Positions 21,251-32,653 of a stretch of 64,000 nucleotides of DNA are shown here, piece after piece (positions within the stretch are counted from its first letter, which is position 1; each line of letters begins with the position of its first letter). Under the pieces are notes generated by a model that saw only the letters and a list, made by a program, of their open reading frames with translations, searched no databases and was not told the DNA's origin. Position numbers and translations under genes: made by a program. The DNA comes from Pirellulales bacterium (GTDB lineage: Bacteria; Planctomycetota; Planctomycetia; Pirellulales; PALSA-1355): positions 480,001-544,000 of the forward strand of contig CAVTBU010000007.1 of NCBI GenBank assembly GCA_963733035.1. Direction: 5' to 3'.

Positions 21251-22090
21251 TTAGCGCTTTCGCTGGCGACGCGTCGTGACAAGTACAATTGTTGCCATGG
21301 CCAGCGCCGCCAAGCTGATGCTTGCCGGTTCCGGCACGGTGGCGAACGTGAGCGTGACGTCGTAGAAGTCGTCGCCCACGGGACTATCCGCGAAAATCAG
21401 TTCGACGCGATTGTCGAAGACTTCGTACGAGGCCAGGTCACGGCCGGCATTCTTCGCGAACTCGGCGGAGGAAAACAGCACCGGCGCCGACAGGAACTCC
21501 GTGGCACCGCTATTGGGAAGCGTCGGGTCCGAGGTCGCGTCCCACGCCACTCCGTTGAGAGTCAGGTCGGTTGGGTTGGCCCATTGCAGATGATCGAGCG
21601 TCGCGCCGGATTGATCAATGACGATCCGATCGCTGCCGTCGAACCGTCCTTGCAGGTGCAACTGGACGGTCGGTGTGGCGGGTGGCGGTGGCTGTGGTGT
21701 GAGTGTGACCGCGAACTGGTACAAGTCGTCGCCGTTCGGCGTGTCGTCGACATAAACCAGCAGCTGGTTTCCTATGATCTCCGCGGCCACACTATCGCGA
21801 CCGGACGACTTCGTGACATTGGCCCGATAGCCCGACAGATCCGTCGGCAAAAGCGGCGAACCAGATGCGTCAAGTGTCGGATTCGTTTGCGGGTCCCAAG
21901 CCAAGCCGTTGAGCGTGAGTGCATCGGGGGTGCCGTAGTAGTAGTTGGTCCAAGTGGCCGAGGTCGCATCGACCGCGGCCACTCCGCTACCATCCACGCG
22001 GCCGGAAAATTGCAGTACCACCGGATCGGCCGCAACCGAAAAGCACGACAACACCAGTACGAACACCGCGTAAACAAGTCGCCGAAACAT
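21251..22090 (-). CDS. PEP-CTERM protein with two copies of a ~115-aa domain
   Basis: AGGAG RBS, signal peptide, duplicated GR.DGS...LTLNG.AWD...GRD...D.P.GDD.Y, terminal VPEPAS-TM-RRQRKR. Confidence 0.85.
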   Translation of the reverse strand: MFRRLVYAVFVLVLSCFSVAADPVVLQFSGRVDGSGVAAVDATSATWTNYYYGTPDALTLNGLAWDPQTNPTLDASGSPLLPTDLSGYRANVTKSSGRDSVAAEIIGNQLLVYVDDTPNGDDLYQFAVTLTPQPPPPATPTVQLHLQGRFDGSDRIVIDQSGATLDHLQWANPTDLTLNGVAWDATSDPTLPNSGATEFLSAPVLFSSAEFAKNAGRDLASYEVFDNRVELIFADSPVGDDFYDVTLTFATVPEPASISLAALAMATIVLVTTRRQRKR

Positions 22091-22376
22091 GCGAACTCCT
22101 GAACGTGAAAGGCAGAACAATAGGCTGGGCGAAACTCGCCGTGCGTCGCAAACGCGGGCAACGCGAGCGAACCAGCAAAGAAACCCGACGCGAAAGCGAG
22201 CGACGTCGAGTTGTGCGAGAGCGTCAGATTAGCGGTACCAGAAATCCCCAGAAGCAGTAGACCTTCCTATTAAAACCGAGCGCCGAAGGAAGTCAATCAA
22301 AAACAGTCGAACAAACTGCGTTCGAAAAAGGCAAGTTGACTTTTCCATTCCCCATGCATCCGGCTTCCGACGATCC

Positions 22377-24050
22377 TTAATGCTGCAATTTTTTGTACTT
22401 GATCCGATGCGGCTGGTCGGCTTCCATTCCGAGCCGCTCTTTGCGCTGAGTTTCGTACGTATCGAAGTTCCCCTCGCACCAGTGGACGTAACTGTCCCCT
22501 TCGAAGGCCAGGATGTGCGTGGCCACGCGGTCGAGGAACCAGCGGTCGTGGGAGATGACCACCACGCAGCCGGCGAAATTGAGAATGGCTTCTTCAAGCG
22601 CCCGTAGCGTGTCGACGTCCAAGTCGTTCGTCGGTTCGTCGAGCAGCAGCACGTTGCAGCCGCACCGTAAGAGCTTGGCCAAGTGCACGCGATTTCGCTC
22701 GCCGCCTGAAAGCGTGCCGACTTTCTTCTGCTGATCCTGCCCCTGGAAATTGAACCGTGCGACGTAGGCCCTGGCGTTCATCTTTCGCTTGCCCATCTCC
22801 AGCGTATCATGGCCGCCAGAGATTTCCTGATAAACCGTATTGTCAGGCCCCAGTGCATCGCGGTTCTGATCGACGTAGCCAAGTTCGACCGTAGGTCCAA
22901 TCCGAATCTCGCCGCCGTCGGGCTTTCCTTCGCCGGTAATCATGCGAAACAGCGTTGTCTTACCGACTCCGTTGGCGCCGATTACCCCCACGATACCCCC
23001 GGGCGGCAAACGGAAGCTGAGGTTATCGATCAGCAGTGTGTCGCCGAAACCCTTGCTCAGATGGTTTGCTTCAATCACCAGGTCGCCCAGGTGCTTGCCG
23101 GCTGGAATCTGGATTTCCAGTTCCTGGTCGCGGCTGGCCTGATCCTCGGCGGCCAGTTCTTCGTACGCCTTGATGCGGGCCTTGCTCTTGGCCTGCCGGG
23201 CACGCGGAGCCATCCGGATCCATTCGAGTTCCTTGTCGAGCGTCTTCTGCCGGGCGCTGGCGGACTTTTCTTCTTGTGCGAGGCGATTCTTCTTTTGCTC
23301 GAGCCAGGAGGAGTAGTTACCTTCCCAGGGAATGCCCTGCCCGCGATCGAGTTCGAGAATCCACCCGGCAACGTTATCGAGGAAGTAGCGATCGTGCGTG
23401 ACGGCCACCACGGTGCCGGTGTATTCGGCGAGGTGCCGTTCGAGCCAGGCGACACTCTCGGCATCGAGATGGTTTGTCGGTTCATCGAGCAACAACAAGT
23501 CGGGCCGCTCGAGCAGAATCTTGCACAAGGCTACGCGCCTCCGTTCGCCACCCGAGAGTTTCGTCACGTCGGCATTGCCGGGCGGAAGGTTCATCGCGTC
23601 CATCGCGATTTCGATCTGCCGGTCGAGTTCCCAGGCGTTATGCAGTTCGATTTGGTCCTGCACCTTGGCTTGATCTGCCAGCAACTTTTCCATCTCGTCG
23701 GGACTCAGGTCCTCGGCGAAGCGGGCGTTGATTTCGTCGTAGCGAGTCAGCAGTTTGCGAACGGGAGCGACGGCCTCCTCGACGTTCCCCCACACGTCCT
23801 TCTCGGGGTTGAGCTGTGGTTCCTGGGGCAAGTAGCCCGCGGTGAAGCCGTCCGTCAGTTTCGCTTCGCCATCGAAGTCACGATCCTGGCCGGCCATGAT
23901 TCGCAGCAACGTGCTCTTGCCGGAGCCGTTGCGGCCTAGCACGCCGATTTTGGCCCCCGGATAGAAAGCCAGCCAGATATTCTTGAGGACTTCGCGCTGG
24001 CCGTGTTTCTTGGTGAGTTCGCCGATTTGATAGATGTATTGTTTTCCCAT
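22377..24050 (-). CDS. ettA: Energy-dependent translational throttle protein (ABC-F ATPase)
   Basis: [26 protein letters not shown], two ABC cassettes, [10 protein letters not shown] linker, [11 protein letters not shown]-terminus. Confidence 0.95.
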   Translation of the reverse strand: MGKQYIYQIGELTKKHGQREVLKNIWLAFYPGAKIGVLGRNGSGKSTLLRIMAGQDRDFDGEAKLTDGFTAGYLPQEPQLNPEKDVWGNVEEAVAPVRKLLTRYDEINARFAEDLSPDEMEKLLADQAKVQDQIELHNAWELDRQIEIAMDAMNLPPGNADVTKLSGGERRRVALCKILLERPDLLLLDEPTNHLDAESVAWLERHLAEYTGTVVAVTHDRYFLDNVAGWILELDRGQGIPWEGNYSSWLEQKKNRLAQEEKSASARQKTLDKELEWIRMAPRARQAKSKARIKAYEELAAEDQASRDQELEIQIPAGKHLGDLVIEANHLSKGFGDTLLIDNLSFRLPPGGIVGVIGANGVGKTTLFRMITGEGKPDGGEIRIGPTVELGYVDQNRDALGPDNTVYQEISGGHDTLEMGKRKMNARAYVARFNFQGQDQQKKVGTLSGGERNRVHLAKLLRCGCNVLLLDEPTNDLDVDTLRALEEAILNFAGCVVVISHDRWFLDRVATHILAFEGDSYVHWCEGNFDTYETQRKERLGMEADQPHRIKYKKLQH

Positions 24051-24255
24051 GTGGTCATCAAATAGGGAGTTGTTTGAGGTCGGTATCGCCAGCACGGCGG
24101 TGTGAGATCAGCGGGAGAAGGCCCGAGGACGGCCACGAACGGTGTGCACTCCGATTGCCGCCGCAGACGAGTGCTGCCACGCGGACGCAATGTATTTTAG
24201 CAGTTCGGTCCCGACCGCCCAGGGGAACCAAATCGTCAAGCTCAAGTACAGCGGT

Positions 24256-25854
24256 TCACTCCCACTCGATCGTGGCCGGCGGTTTGCTGCTGATGTCGTA
24301 GACCACGCGGTTGACCCCCTGCACTTCGTTGATGACACGCGTCGAAATGCGAGCCAGCAACTCGTAGGGTAAATGGCTCCAGTCTGCCGTCATAAAGTCC
24401 TCGGTCGTCACTGCCCGCACGGCCACCGTGTCCTGATACGTGCGCGCGTCGCCCATCACGCCGACGCTCTGCACAGGCAGCAGCACGGCGAACACCTGCG
24501 AGGTCGAGCGATACAACCCCGCGGTTTTGATTTCCTCAACCACGATCGCATCGGCCTCGCGCAGCGTGTCGAGCCGCACCTTGGTTACTTCGCCCAGGCA
24601 ACGGACGGCCAACCCCGGACCCGGGAACGGATGCCGCCAGACGATATCCTCGGGTAGCCCTAATTGCAGGCCCAACCGCCGGACTTCGTCCTTAAACAGA
24701 TCTCGCAGCGGTTCAATGAGTTCAAAGTTTAGGTCCTTTGGTAAGCCGCCAACGTTGTGATGCAGTTTGATCGTGGCGGCCGGGCCATCGACGGCCGCGC
24801 CACTTTCGATCACGTCAGGATAGAGCGTGCCTTGTGCCAGAAAGCGAGCGCCGGAGATCTTCGCCGCCTCGTCGCTAAAGCACTCGATAAACGCATGGCC
24901 GATACGGCGACGCTTTTCTTGTGGATCGGTGACGCCGGCCAGCGCGGTGAGGAACCTGTCTTCCCCTTTGACGACGTGCAGGTCGGTTTTAAAGTGGCCC
25001 GAAAACTCCTGGATCACGGAAGCCTCTTCGGCTTTTCGCAGCAGGCCATTGTCGATGAGAATACAGGAAAGCTGCGAACCAATCGCCTTGTAGAGCAAGG
25101 CCGCCACGACCGACGAATCGACTCCGCCCGACAAGCCGCAGATGACGCGGTCCTTTCCTACGCGATGGCGGATCGCTTCGACCGCCTGATCGGCAAAATC
25201 GCCCAGCCGCCAGGTTCCCTGGCAACCGCAGATTTTGGTAAGGAAGTTGCCCAGCACCTTGGTGCCCAGTGGAGTGTGTGTAACTTCCGGATGAAATTGC
25301 AGCCCGTAAACCGGCAGCGACTCGTGCCGTACGGCAGCCACAGGGCAGGTCTTCGTCTCGGCCAGGGTGACGAAGCCAGCGGAGTTCTCCGAAACCTGGT
25401 CGCCGTGGCTCATCCAGACTTCCATCAACTCGGGCACGCTGTCGAAAAGGTCCGCGTGCGAAGTGATATGCACGCTGGCGCGGCCGAACTCTCGCTTGTG
25501 GGCACTGTCGACCTTGCCGCCCAAAGCAGCGCAGGCCAAGTGCAGTCCGTAGCAAATTCCCAGCACCGGAATGCCGAGGCGGAAGATTTCCGGATCGACC
25601 CGCGGAGCGCCCGGCTCGTAGACGCTTGAGGGACCTCCCGAGAGGATGATGCCGCGCGGCGCCAGTTCGCGAACCCGATCGGCCGTAATGTCGTGCCGCA
25701 CGATCTCGCAATAGACATTCAGTTCGCGGACGCGCCGGGCAATGAGTTGAGCGTATTGCGAACCGAAGTCGAGGATGAGCACTTTCTCATCGCCGACCAG
25801 CCCAGTGCGATTGGCAATCGTGGCCTCGGAAGTCTGCTTCACGCTGTTCGTCAA
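24256..25854 (-). CDS. guaA: GMP synthase (glutamine-hydrolysing)
   Basis: [57 protein letters not shown]; exact start uncertain. Confidence 0.96.
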   Translation of the reverse strand: MTNSVKQTSEATIANRTGLVGDEKVLILDFGSQYAQLIARRVRELNVYCEIVRHDITADRVRELAPRGIILSGGPSSVYEPGAPRVDPEIFRLGIPVLGICYGLHLACAALGGKVDSAHKREFGRASVHITSHADLFDSVPELMEVWMSHGDQVSENSAGFVTLAETKTCPVAAVRHESLPVYGLQFHPEVTHTPLGTKVLGNFLTKICGCQGTWRLGDFADQAVEAIRHRVGKDRVICGLSGGVDSSVVAALLYKAIGSQLSCILIDNGLLRKAEEASVIQEFSGHFKTDLHVVKGEDRFLTALAGVTDPQEKRRRIGHAFIECFSDEAAKISGARFLAQGTLYPDVIESGAAVDGPAATIKLHHNVGGLPKDLNFELIEPLRDLFKDEVRRLGLQLGLPEDIVWRHPFPGPGLAVRCLGEVTKVRLDTLREADAIVVEEIKTAGLYRSTSQVFAVLLPVQSVGVMGDARTYQDTVAVRAVTTEDFMTADWSHLPYELLARISTRVINEVQGVNRVVYDISSKPPATIEWE

Positions 25855-26157
25855 TCCATTTGCAAGTGATTGGGGGCTCCACCCGGCCCGGCAACAAGTC
25901 CACACAGGAAAATGAAAAGACCCGCCGGACGCGACGGGTATCAAACCGAGGATTATAGGACATCGACCGGCGGGCGGCTAGGGGCCGAGGAGCTGGGTCT
26001 CCAGCCGCGAAACCCGCAACAGATGGCTTGCACGCCCGACTCGCATTGCAGGCAGCCGGTTTGCCGCCGCGAACTGTCGACCGGTATACTGGGGCGAACA
26101 GTGATTCGATCGCGGGTCTTGCCGCGCTCCTTTTTACGGACCCAGAGCCGAGTACGC

Positions 26158-26940
26158 GTGCTGATATTATTGACCAACGACGATGGCATTTATGCTCCCG
26201 GCTTGGCTGCGATGGAACGGGAGCTCGAAAAACTTGGCGACGTGTACGTCGTCGCGCCGGCCACCGAGCAAAGCGGCGTGGGCCATGCGATTACGTACCT
26301 CAGCCCGCTGGTGGTCAAGGAATTGTTCGAAGCACGCCAACGGCGTGGCTGGGCGGTCGAGGGAAGTCCGGCCGACAGTGTGAAGATCGGCATTCACGAG
26401 TTCTGCCCGCGGCTGCCCGACCTGGTGGTCAGCGGAATCAACGGCGGACTCAACGCCGGTATCAACGTGTTGTACTCCGGCACCGTGGCGGCGGCGGTCG
26501 AGGGCGCGTTTTTCGGCCTGACGAGCGTTGCCGTGTCACTCGAGTTCAACGACCATGCCGAATTCGAAAAGGCGGCCGTCATCGCGCGGGGCGTGATCGA
26601 GCAGATCCTGGCCAAGAAATCCCCCGCACCACAGCTCTACAATCTCAACATTCCCACGTCGGCCTTGGACACCCCGCAGCGCGAAGTGCGAGTGGTGCCG
26701 ATGGGGTTGGCACGCAGTGGCGAGCAGTACGAAAAGCGGACCGATCCTCGCGGCCGCAACTACTTTTGGGCCCTGTCGGACCCCGTTGCGCACGAGGGAG
26801 AACACGAAACCGACGTTTCGGCTCTGCGAAAGGGCTTCGTGACGCTAACGCCGTTGGATTTCGATTTGACGAAGCGGCCGCTGTTGGCTGAGATGGAGCG
26901 CTGGGAATTCGATTTGTCGGCCGACAGAATCACCAAGTGA
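26158..26940 (+). CDS. surE: 5'/3'-nucleotidase SurE
   Basis: ILLTNDDGIYAPG, VVAPATEQSG, GSPADSV, VVSGINGG.N.G....YSGTVAAA. Confidence 0.95.
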   Translation: MLILLTNDDGIYAPGLAAMERELEKLGDVYVVAPATEQSGVGHAITYLSPLVVKELFEARQRRGWAVEGSPADSVKIGIHEFCPRLPDLVVSGINGGLNAGINVLYSGTVAAAVEGAFFGLTSVAVSLEFNDHAEFEKAAVIARGVIEQILAKKSPAPQLYNLNIPTSALDTPQREVRVVPMGLARSGEQYEKRTDPRGRNYFWALSDPVAHEGEHETDVSALRKGFVTLTPLDFDLTKRPLLAEMERWEFDLSADRITK

Positions 26941-26964
26941 CACAAACTTAGCTGGGGGTGGGCG

Positions 26965-27582
26965 ATGAAATTCAGCATGTATTTGATCGCATGGATGTCG
27001 TTGACATGGATGGTTGGTTGTGGCGGCGATGTAGCCCCGGCGCCCACGACAACCGCCGAGGCCCCGGCCCCGCCCGCCCCTGCCCCGCCGGGCAAGCCGG
27101 CTTCGGCTGCCGACGAAACCGAAGCGGTCGCGGCGGAAGATTCTTCCGCGGCCATTCCAACGCAGGAGCTAGCCGCTGAGATGCCCGCGGCAGAGAGCAA
27201 CGCCCCAGAAACCAGCGGCCCGGACACTAACGTTCCGGACGCAACCGAGCCGGCCGCCGATGCGGGCGGCACTCTGGAAAAAGCCCAAGTGGGCGTTGGT
27301 GCCAAAGGCCGCGACTACGGTGGACCCGGTCTTGTGACCACTCCGGTGCAGGTTTACTTTCGAACGGGTGATCGGATCGCCTTCGAGATTCAAATCCCGA
27401 GCGCCATGAAACTCTACAAGGCGTCGCACGACAACAAAGGGCCCAAGACGCACGAAGAGTTCATGAACGTCATTATCAAGGAAAATGGAGTACAGTTGCC
27501 GGAACTGCCCGAGGGAGACGAATTCGTCTATGACCCTAAGACCGAGCAATTGATGGTGCGACATCCGGCGCAGCAGCAGTAA
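26965..27582 (+). CDS. Hypothetical lipoprotein with Pro/Ala-rich linker
   Basis: MVGC lipobox; low-complexity linker; C-terminal KAQVGVGAKG...LPELP...YDP domain. Confidence 0.75.
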   Translation: MKFSMYLIAWMSLTWMVGCGGDVAPAPTTTAEAPAPPAPAPPGKPASAADETEAVAAEDSSAAIPTQELAAEMPAAESNAPETSGPDTNVPDATEPAADAGGTLEKAQVGVGAKGRDYGGPGLVTTPVQVYFRTGDRIAFEIQIPSAMKLYKASHDNKGPKTHEEFMNVIIKENGVQLPELPEGDEFVYDPKTEQLMVRHPAQQQ

Positions 27583-27645
27583 CCTTGTCGTGAGCAGCTT
27601 GCGTCTGTCGTTTGAAAACTGCCGCCGAGAGGAAGCATCGGGTTG

Positions 27646-28392
27646 ATGGAGCAGATTCTGTTGGTGACCGGCGGCAGCCGCGGGATTGGTGCGGAGACGG
27701 CTCGACTGGCCGGCCGGCGCGGATACGCAGTTTGCGTCAACTATCGCCAGCGCAGCGATGCGGCCGCCGAGGTAGTTCGTGATATCGAAGCCGCCGGAGG
27801 GCGTGCCATTGCCATGCAGGCCGACGTGGCAGTAGAAGCCGATGTCGTGCGGATGTTCGAAACGGTCGACAAGGAGCTCGGCCGGCTGACGGCGCTGGTC
27901 AACAACGCCGGCATTCTCGAAACACAAATGCGCGTCGAGGGCATGGACGCGGCCCGTATCAACCGCATTCTGGCGGCCAACGTCACCGGCAGCTTTATCT
28001 GTGCCCGAGAGGCCGTGCTGCGGATGTCGACCAAACACGGTGGATCCGGCGGGAACATCGTCAACGTATCGAGCGGCGCTTCGCGGCTGGGTTCGCCCGG
28101 CGAATACGTCGACTATGCGGCCAGCAAGGGCGCGATCGATACGTTGACCATCGGCCTCTCGCGCGAGGTGGCCGAAGAAGGAATACGCGTCAACGCCGTG
28201 CGGCCGGGTTTCATCGATACCGACATCCATGCCACTGGCGGCGAGCCCAATCGGCTGGAGCGGGTCAAGCATTTCGTCCCGCTCAAACGCGGCGGCCGCG
28301 TCGAAGAAGTGGCCTATGCGATTCTTTGGTTGCTGTCCGACGAAGCGTCGTATACGACCGGCGCGTTCATTGATGTGACCGGTGGCAAGTAG
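27646..28392 (+). CDS. SDR family oxidoreductase
   Basis: TGGSRGIG, NNAG, YAASK, NAVRPG. Confidence 0.93.
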   Translation: MEQILLVTGGSRGIGAETARLAGRRGYAVCVNYRQRSDAAAEVVRDIEAAGGRAIAMQADVAVEADVVRMFETVDKELGRLTALVNNAGILETQMRVEGMDAARINRILAANVTGSFICAREAVLRMSTKHGGSGGNIVNVSSGASRLGSPGEYVDYAASKGAIDTLTIGLSREVAEEGIRVNAVRPGFIDTDIHATGGEPNRLERVKHFVPLKRGGRVEEVAYAILWLLSDEASYTTGAFIDVTGGK

Positions 28393-28430
28393 CGGGTGAG
28401 GCGTCTTCCGACGCCACGACGCGGGCCGTT

Positions 28431-28814
28431 TTACTTGGTCGGCTTCGACGCGGGCGTCTGTTCGGCCAGCCACTGCCGGGCTTCGTCAATCTTATTCGTT
28501 TTGAAATAGCGGACCTCGGCCGAGAAGAACGGGTTCATCAGGTTGGCAAAAACCTCAATCCATTTTGGATCGGCAACGATCGCCGCGCGCTCGATATCGC
28601 GCATGTGCTTGAAGCCAAACTTGACGTCTTCCCACCACTTCGACGGCGGGATGCCGCCCAGCGAACGAACCAGTTCCAGCACGCGAATCTTGCCATGTCG
28701 AGTGATCGCCGCTTCCATCCTCGCGATCAGATCATCGAACTCGGCGGCGCCAATCCTACCGTCGATCGAAAGTTCGAGAACGTTTGTGCCGGGAACCTCG
28801 TGCAGCTCGATCAT
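28431..28814 (-). CDS. STAS/SEC14 (SpoIIAA-like) domain protein
   Basis: 127 aa; G.I...EFD, KIRVL, WED.K, ERAAIV, VRYF.....EA..WL pattern. Confidence 0.8.
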   Translation of the reverse strand: MIELHEVPGTNVLELSIDGRIGAAEFDDLIARMEAAITRHGKIRVLELVRSLGGIPPSKWWEDVKFGFKHMRDIERAAIVADPKWIEVFANLMNPFFSAEVRYFKTNKIDEARQWLAEQTPASKPTK

Positions 28815-28887
28815 TGATTCTGCCTTGAACTAGCGCGATTCGTCTTGCTCCCGTTGGGCACCGGCGCGACAAAGCGTGCAACTCGCA

Positions 28888-31557
28888 TCACTTTGGCGCC
28901 AGGGCTGTTACCAACTGACTCAAGTCCACCGGCTTCACCAAATGATAATCAAAGCCAGCCGCTTTGGCCCGGCGGCGGTCTTCGTCCTGGCCATAGCCGG
29001 AGACCGCCACGAGCCGAACATGGGTGAAGGCCGGTTCACGCCGGAGCGCCTCGGCCACGCGATATCCGTCGAGCCCCGGCAGCCCAATGTCCAACACAAT
29101 GGCATCGGGTTGAAAACTTCGGGCCGTCGCCAGCGCTTCCAGGCCATCGTGCGCGGTCGTGATGGTGTGCCCCGCCTGCTCAAGCAATGTACCGAGGCTC
29201 TTGGCCATGTCCACATTGTCGTCGACCACCAGAATGCGCAGCGGTGAAAGCGTGGTCGAGGAGGGCGGCGTCGCCGATTGCGCAGCCGCTTCGCCCAGCG
29301 GCAACCGCACCGTGAACTCGCTCCCTTGCTCCAATCCCTCACTGGTTGCCGAGACACTGCCGCCGTGCATTTCGGCCAGCTTGCGAACGACAGTCAGGCC
29401 GATGCCCAGGCCGCCTTGCGAACGGTCGAGTGAGTGATCGACCTGCGTGAACAGTTCGAATACTCGGGGAAGCATTTCGGGCGGAATGCCGATGCCGGTA
29501 TCTTTGACCTTGAAGACCACCTGCCCGTCGAGCGGGAACGAACGGACAGTGATCTTTCCTCCCTCCGGGGTGTACTTGGCGGCGTTCGAAAGCAAATTGA
29601 CCAGGATTTGCTCGACCCGAACCGGATCGGCAAACAGCGGCATCGACTGGCTTGACAGGTCACAAATCAGCTCGTGCTGGCGTTCTTCGATGGCCGGACC
29701 AACCGTGGCCAAAGCCCGCTGCATTAGCAACTGTGCGTCGACGGCTTCCTTGCGGAGTTGAATTTTGTCACGTGTAATCCGCGAGACGTCAAGCAGATCA
29801 TCAATCAAGTGCGACAAGTTTTTGACCTGGCGATCGATCACTTCGGTGGCGGGGTTGTCCTCCTGCTTGGCGAGCGCAGCCAATTGATTGGCGTATTGAA
29901 TGGCCGCCAGGGGATTGCGAAGCTCGTGCGCCAGCATTGCCAGGAAGTCATCTTTTTGCCGCTGCGATTCATGCAACTCGGTGTAAAGCCGCACGTTATC
30001 GCTGGCGGAAGATACCCGACGGCCTAGCTCGGTCACCAGGTCCAATTCGGCGTCGGTGTACCGGCGGCGCGGATCGGTACTGACGAAAGTGATCGCGCCG
30101 ATTACTCGATCGCGCACCAACAGTGGCACCGCCATCCACGAGACGGGATTGAGCTCAGCCAGGATGCGGCGATGCTCGTCGCTGCGTGCGATCGCATCGA
30201 GATAACCGGCCGATACTTCCTTCAGGATCACCGCTTGCTTGCTCCGCAGCGATTCCACGACCGGGCCGGTCGAATCCCAATCGAGCGGGTTCAAGTCGAG
30301 CGCTTTGCGCAGGAGCGGTTCCTGGGCGACATTGCGATGGGCGTAGGCCACCCGATTGATTGTTCCCAACTCGTCGAGCATATCGACAAAGCAATAGTCG
30401 GCGATGAACCGCACCGCCAGTCGAGCCACGCTTTGCAGCGTGCTCTCAAAATCCACCAGCACCGAGAGTACGTTGCCCGCCTCCGAAAGGAAGCCCAGGG
30501 CAGCCTCCGCCCGCTTGCGATCGGTGATATCGAGCACGATGCCGGTTGTCCGCAGCGCGCGGCCGTCTTCGGCGAACGTCGTACGGCCGCGGGCGGCGAT
30601 CCAACGCATGCCCTTCTCTGGATGTTCGATTCGGTATTGTACGTCGATTCGCTTGCGGTTCTCGAGCGCCTGGCGAACCGCGCTAACTACCTTTGTGCGA
30701 TCGTCGGGGTACACGCTATCCAGAAACCGCGCTTGCGAAGGAGGTGTGGCTGGGTCGAGCCCGTTAATGTCGTAGTATTCGGCCGACCAGGTGACTTCGC
30801 CCGACACCAGGTCCCAATCCCAGAGCCCCGCACGCGCGCCTTGTTGCGCCAGTCGCAGTCGTTCCTCGCTTTGAGCCAGAGCCATTTGCCCCACCTTTCG
30901 TTCGGTAATGTCGCGAAAGAAAATGGCAAGCGTGCGATCCTCTGCTGGAGAAACCTTGACTTCGAACCAGGTTTGCCACGGCGAATGAAAGCACTCGAAC
31001 TCGGTTGTTTCGCGAATGGCGGCGGCCTGGCGAATCTTGGCGGCGGCTGGCGCATTGTCGGCCAGCGGAAAGACGTCCCACAGCGTCGTATCGACCTCGA
31101 GCTCAAGTTCGCGTCGCGAGAGCTCCTCAGCGGCGCGGTTCAAGTAAGTGCAACGCCACCGGCTGTCGACGGCGATGAACCCGTCAGCAATGCTTTCGAC
31201 GACCGAGACAACCTGCTGCGCGCTGGTGGCCGCGCGAAGTCGAGCGCGGCGGGCCATCTCACTGAACACGGCCAGCCCAATGCAAACGAATAGAAACGCG
31301 GCCGTCCCGGTGTCAAACTGAAAGACTCGATCGGGGGGCAACACATACCAGTTGGCCACCAGGTAGATCAGTGCGGTGGCCAACATTGCCGGCCCCAGAC
31401 CGCCGTACCAGCTGACGGCGGCCACGGCCGAGAAAAAGGTGACGTAGTAGATATTGTCACTGAACGTCGGCGCCATCAACGCCCCGACCGCACTCGCAAT
31501 GGCCACGGCCAGGCAAGCAGCCAAGTACGAAACCCAGCCTGACACCAGTCGTTGCAT
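28888..31557 (-). CDS. Hybrid sensor histidine kinase (membrane sensor-PAS-PAS-GAF-HisKA-HATPase-REC)
   Basis: FLAMLAHELRNPL H-box, NLLSNAAKYT, DTGIG, GGLGIGL, C-terminal VVDDN...LDIGLPG.DG...KP receiver. Confidence 0.93.
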   Translation of the reverse strand: MQRLVSGWVSYLAACLAVAIASAVGALMAPTFSDNIYYVTFFSAVAAVSWYGGLGPAMLATALIYLVANWYVLPPDRVFQFDTGTAAFLFVCIGLAVFSEMARRARLRAATSAQQVVSVVESIADGFIAVDSRWRCTYLNRAAEELSRRELELEVDTTLWDVFPLADNAPAAAKIRQAAAIRETTEFECFHSPWQTWFEVKVSPAEDRTLAIFFRDITERKVGQMALAQSEERLRLAQQGARAGLWDWDLVSGEVTWSAEYYDINGLDPATPPSQARFLDSVYPDDRTKVVSAVRQALENRKRIDVQYRIEHPEKGMRWIAARGRTTFAEDGRALRTTGIVLDITDRKRAEAALGFLSEAGNVLSVLVDFESTLQSVARLAVRFIADYCFVDMLDELGTINRVAYAHRNVAQEPLLRKALDLNPLDWDSTGPVVESLRSKQAVILKEVSAGYLDAIARSDEHRRILAELNPVSWMAVPLLVRDRVIGAITFVSTDPRRRYTDAELDLVTELGRRVSSASDNVRLYTELHESQRQKDDFLAMLAHELRNPLAAIQYANQLAALAKQEDNPATEVIDRQVKNLSHLIDDLLDVSRITRDKIQLRKEAVDAQLLMQRALATVGPAIEERQHELICDLSSQSMPLFADPVRVEQILVNLLSNAAKYTPEGGKITVRSFPLDGQVVFKVKDTGIGIPPEMLPRVFELFTQVDHSLDRSQGGLGIGLTVVRKLAEMHGGSVSATSEGLEQGSEFTVRLPLGEAAAQSATPPSSTTLSPLRILVVDDNVDMAKSLGTLLEQAGHTITTAHDGLEALATARSFQPDAIVLDIGLPGLDGYRVAEALRREPAFTHVRLVAVSGYGQDEDRRRAKAAGFDYHLVKPVDLSQLVTALAPK

Positions 31558-31746
31558 ACAAGACTCCGCGCTATGATTGTCTGCCCATCTCTAATTCTAT
31601 TCCACTTGGAGGATCACGGCGCACGGTCGCTCCCAAGGTGGCCAAAACAGCCAGTTTTCGAAGGGTTGCCCAGTTGCCACGCGTTCACCGGACCGCCGTC
31701 AAATGCGAGTGCTCCACAATGGAGAGAACGTCACTGGGTGGTGCCA

Positions 31747-32601
31747 CTAACTGCTTGCGCTGCGGTAACTTTTCATCGCGCGCATGAAAACCCAGCGCGA
31801 TAGCCACAGCGAGCCGGCCGCGGCCAGAAGTCCAAATGCCGCCAGCGGCCAACTTTGTCCGGAAAGCGGCTTGGCCATCAACCGGGCGGGCACGTTCACC
31901 ACGATCAGCACCGGGATGATGAACGTGAAAAACCATTGCAGCGGACTGCCGATCGTGCCGTGGTAGATCTCCATCGGATAGCGAGAGAAGTTGGTGATGT
32001 AGAACCAGAAGTCATAGAGTGTCTGATTGCGGCCCAGCCACACGCTGGTGGCCGCCAGCGTAATCATCAGGCTATACAGAATCGCCACCCCGCAGGCCAC
32101 ATAAAACGGATAGAGCAAGAATTGGGCAATGCCAGGCAGCGTCGGCAAGTGCGACACCGAATACGACAGTAGCGCCAGAGCAAAAAAGAAGTTGGCAAAC
32201 GACGACCAATTGATCTTGTGCAGCGAAATCAAGAATTGCGTGTCGATCGGCTTGAGCAGTGCGAAATCCAAGCCGCCTGTCCGAATGAGCTCACTGAACT
32301 CCTCGCAATTGGGCATGAACAACGCCTGCACGATACTGTTCACAAACAACGTCGTGGCCAGGAAAATAAAGAACTCATAGCGGGTCCAATCGGCAATGGC
32401 CGAGGTAAACTCGTAGATCAACAGGTAGTAGCCCAGGTTCATCGCCATCCATGACAGCGATGTGACGCACTCGATGATGAAGTTCGAGCGAAACGTCATA
32501 TCGCGCACCAGGCTGTTCCGCGCAAACGTCAGAAACACCTTCGGATACGAAGGCCTTAGCGCAGACACTTCTCCCTGCATGTCAGATTCAAGCATGCTCA
32601 T
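31747..32601 (-). CDS. ABC-2 family transporter permease (DUF990-like)
   Basis: IRTG.LD..LLKP.D, RYP.EIY, six TM helices; operon with ATPase. Confidence 0.88.
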   Translation of the reverse strand: MSMLESDMQGEVSALRPSYPKVFLTFARNSLVRDMTFRSNFIIECVTSLSWMAMNLGYYLLIYEFTSAIADWTRYEFFIFLATTLFVNSIVQALFMPNCEEFSELIRTGGLDFALLKPIDTQFLISLHKINWSSFANFFFALALLSYSVSHLPTLPGIAQFLLYPFYVACGVAILYSLMITLAATSVWLGRNQTLYDFWFYITNFSRYPMEIYHGTIGSPLQWFFTFIIPVLIVVNVPARLMAKPLSGQSWPLAAFGLLAAAGSLWLSRWVFMRAMKSYRSASS

Positions 32602-32653
32602 CGCCTGCCTTCAATTCGCATCCTTCGTTCCTCTGGCCTCTGATTTCCCGGCA

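Noticed and set aside
27169..28473. 434-aa minus-strand ORF and similar long overlapping ORFs (e.g. 22809-23939, 30172-31293, 35899-36984)
   Set aside because: Antisense to clearly identified genes; expected in high-GC DNA
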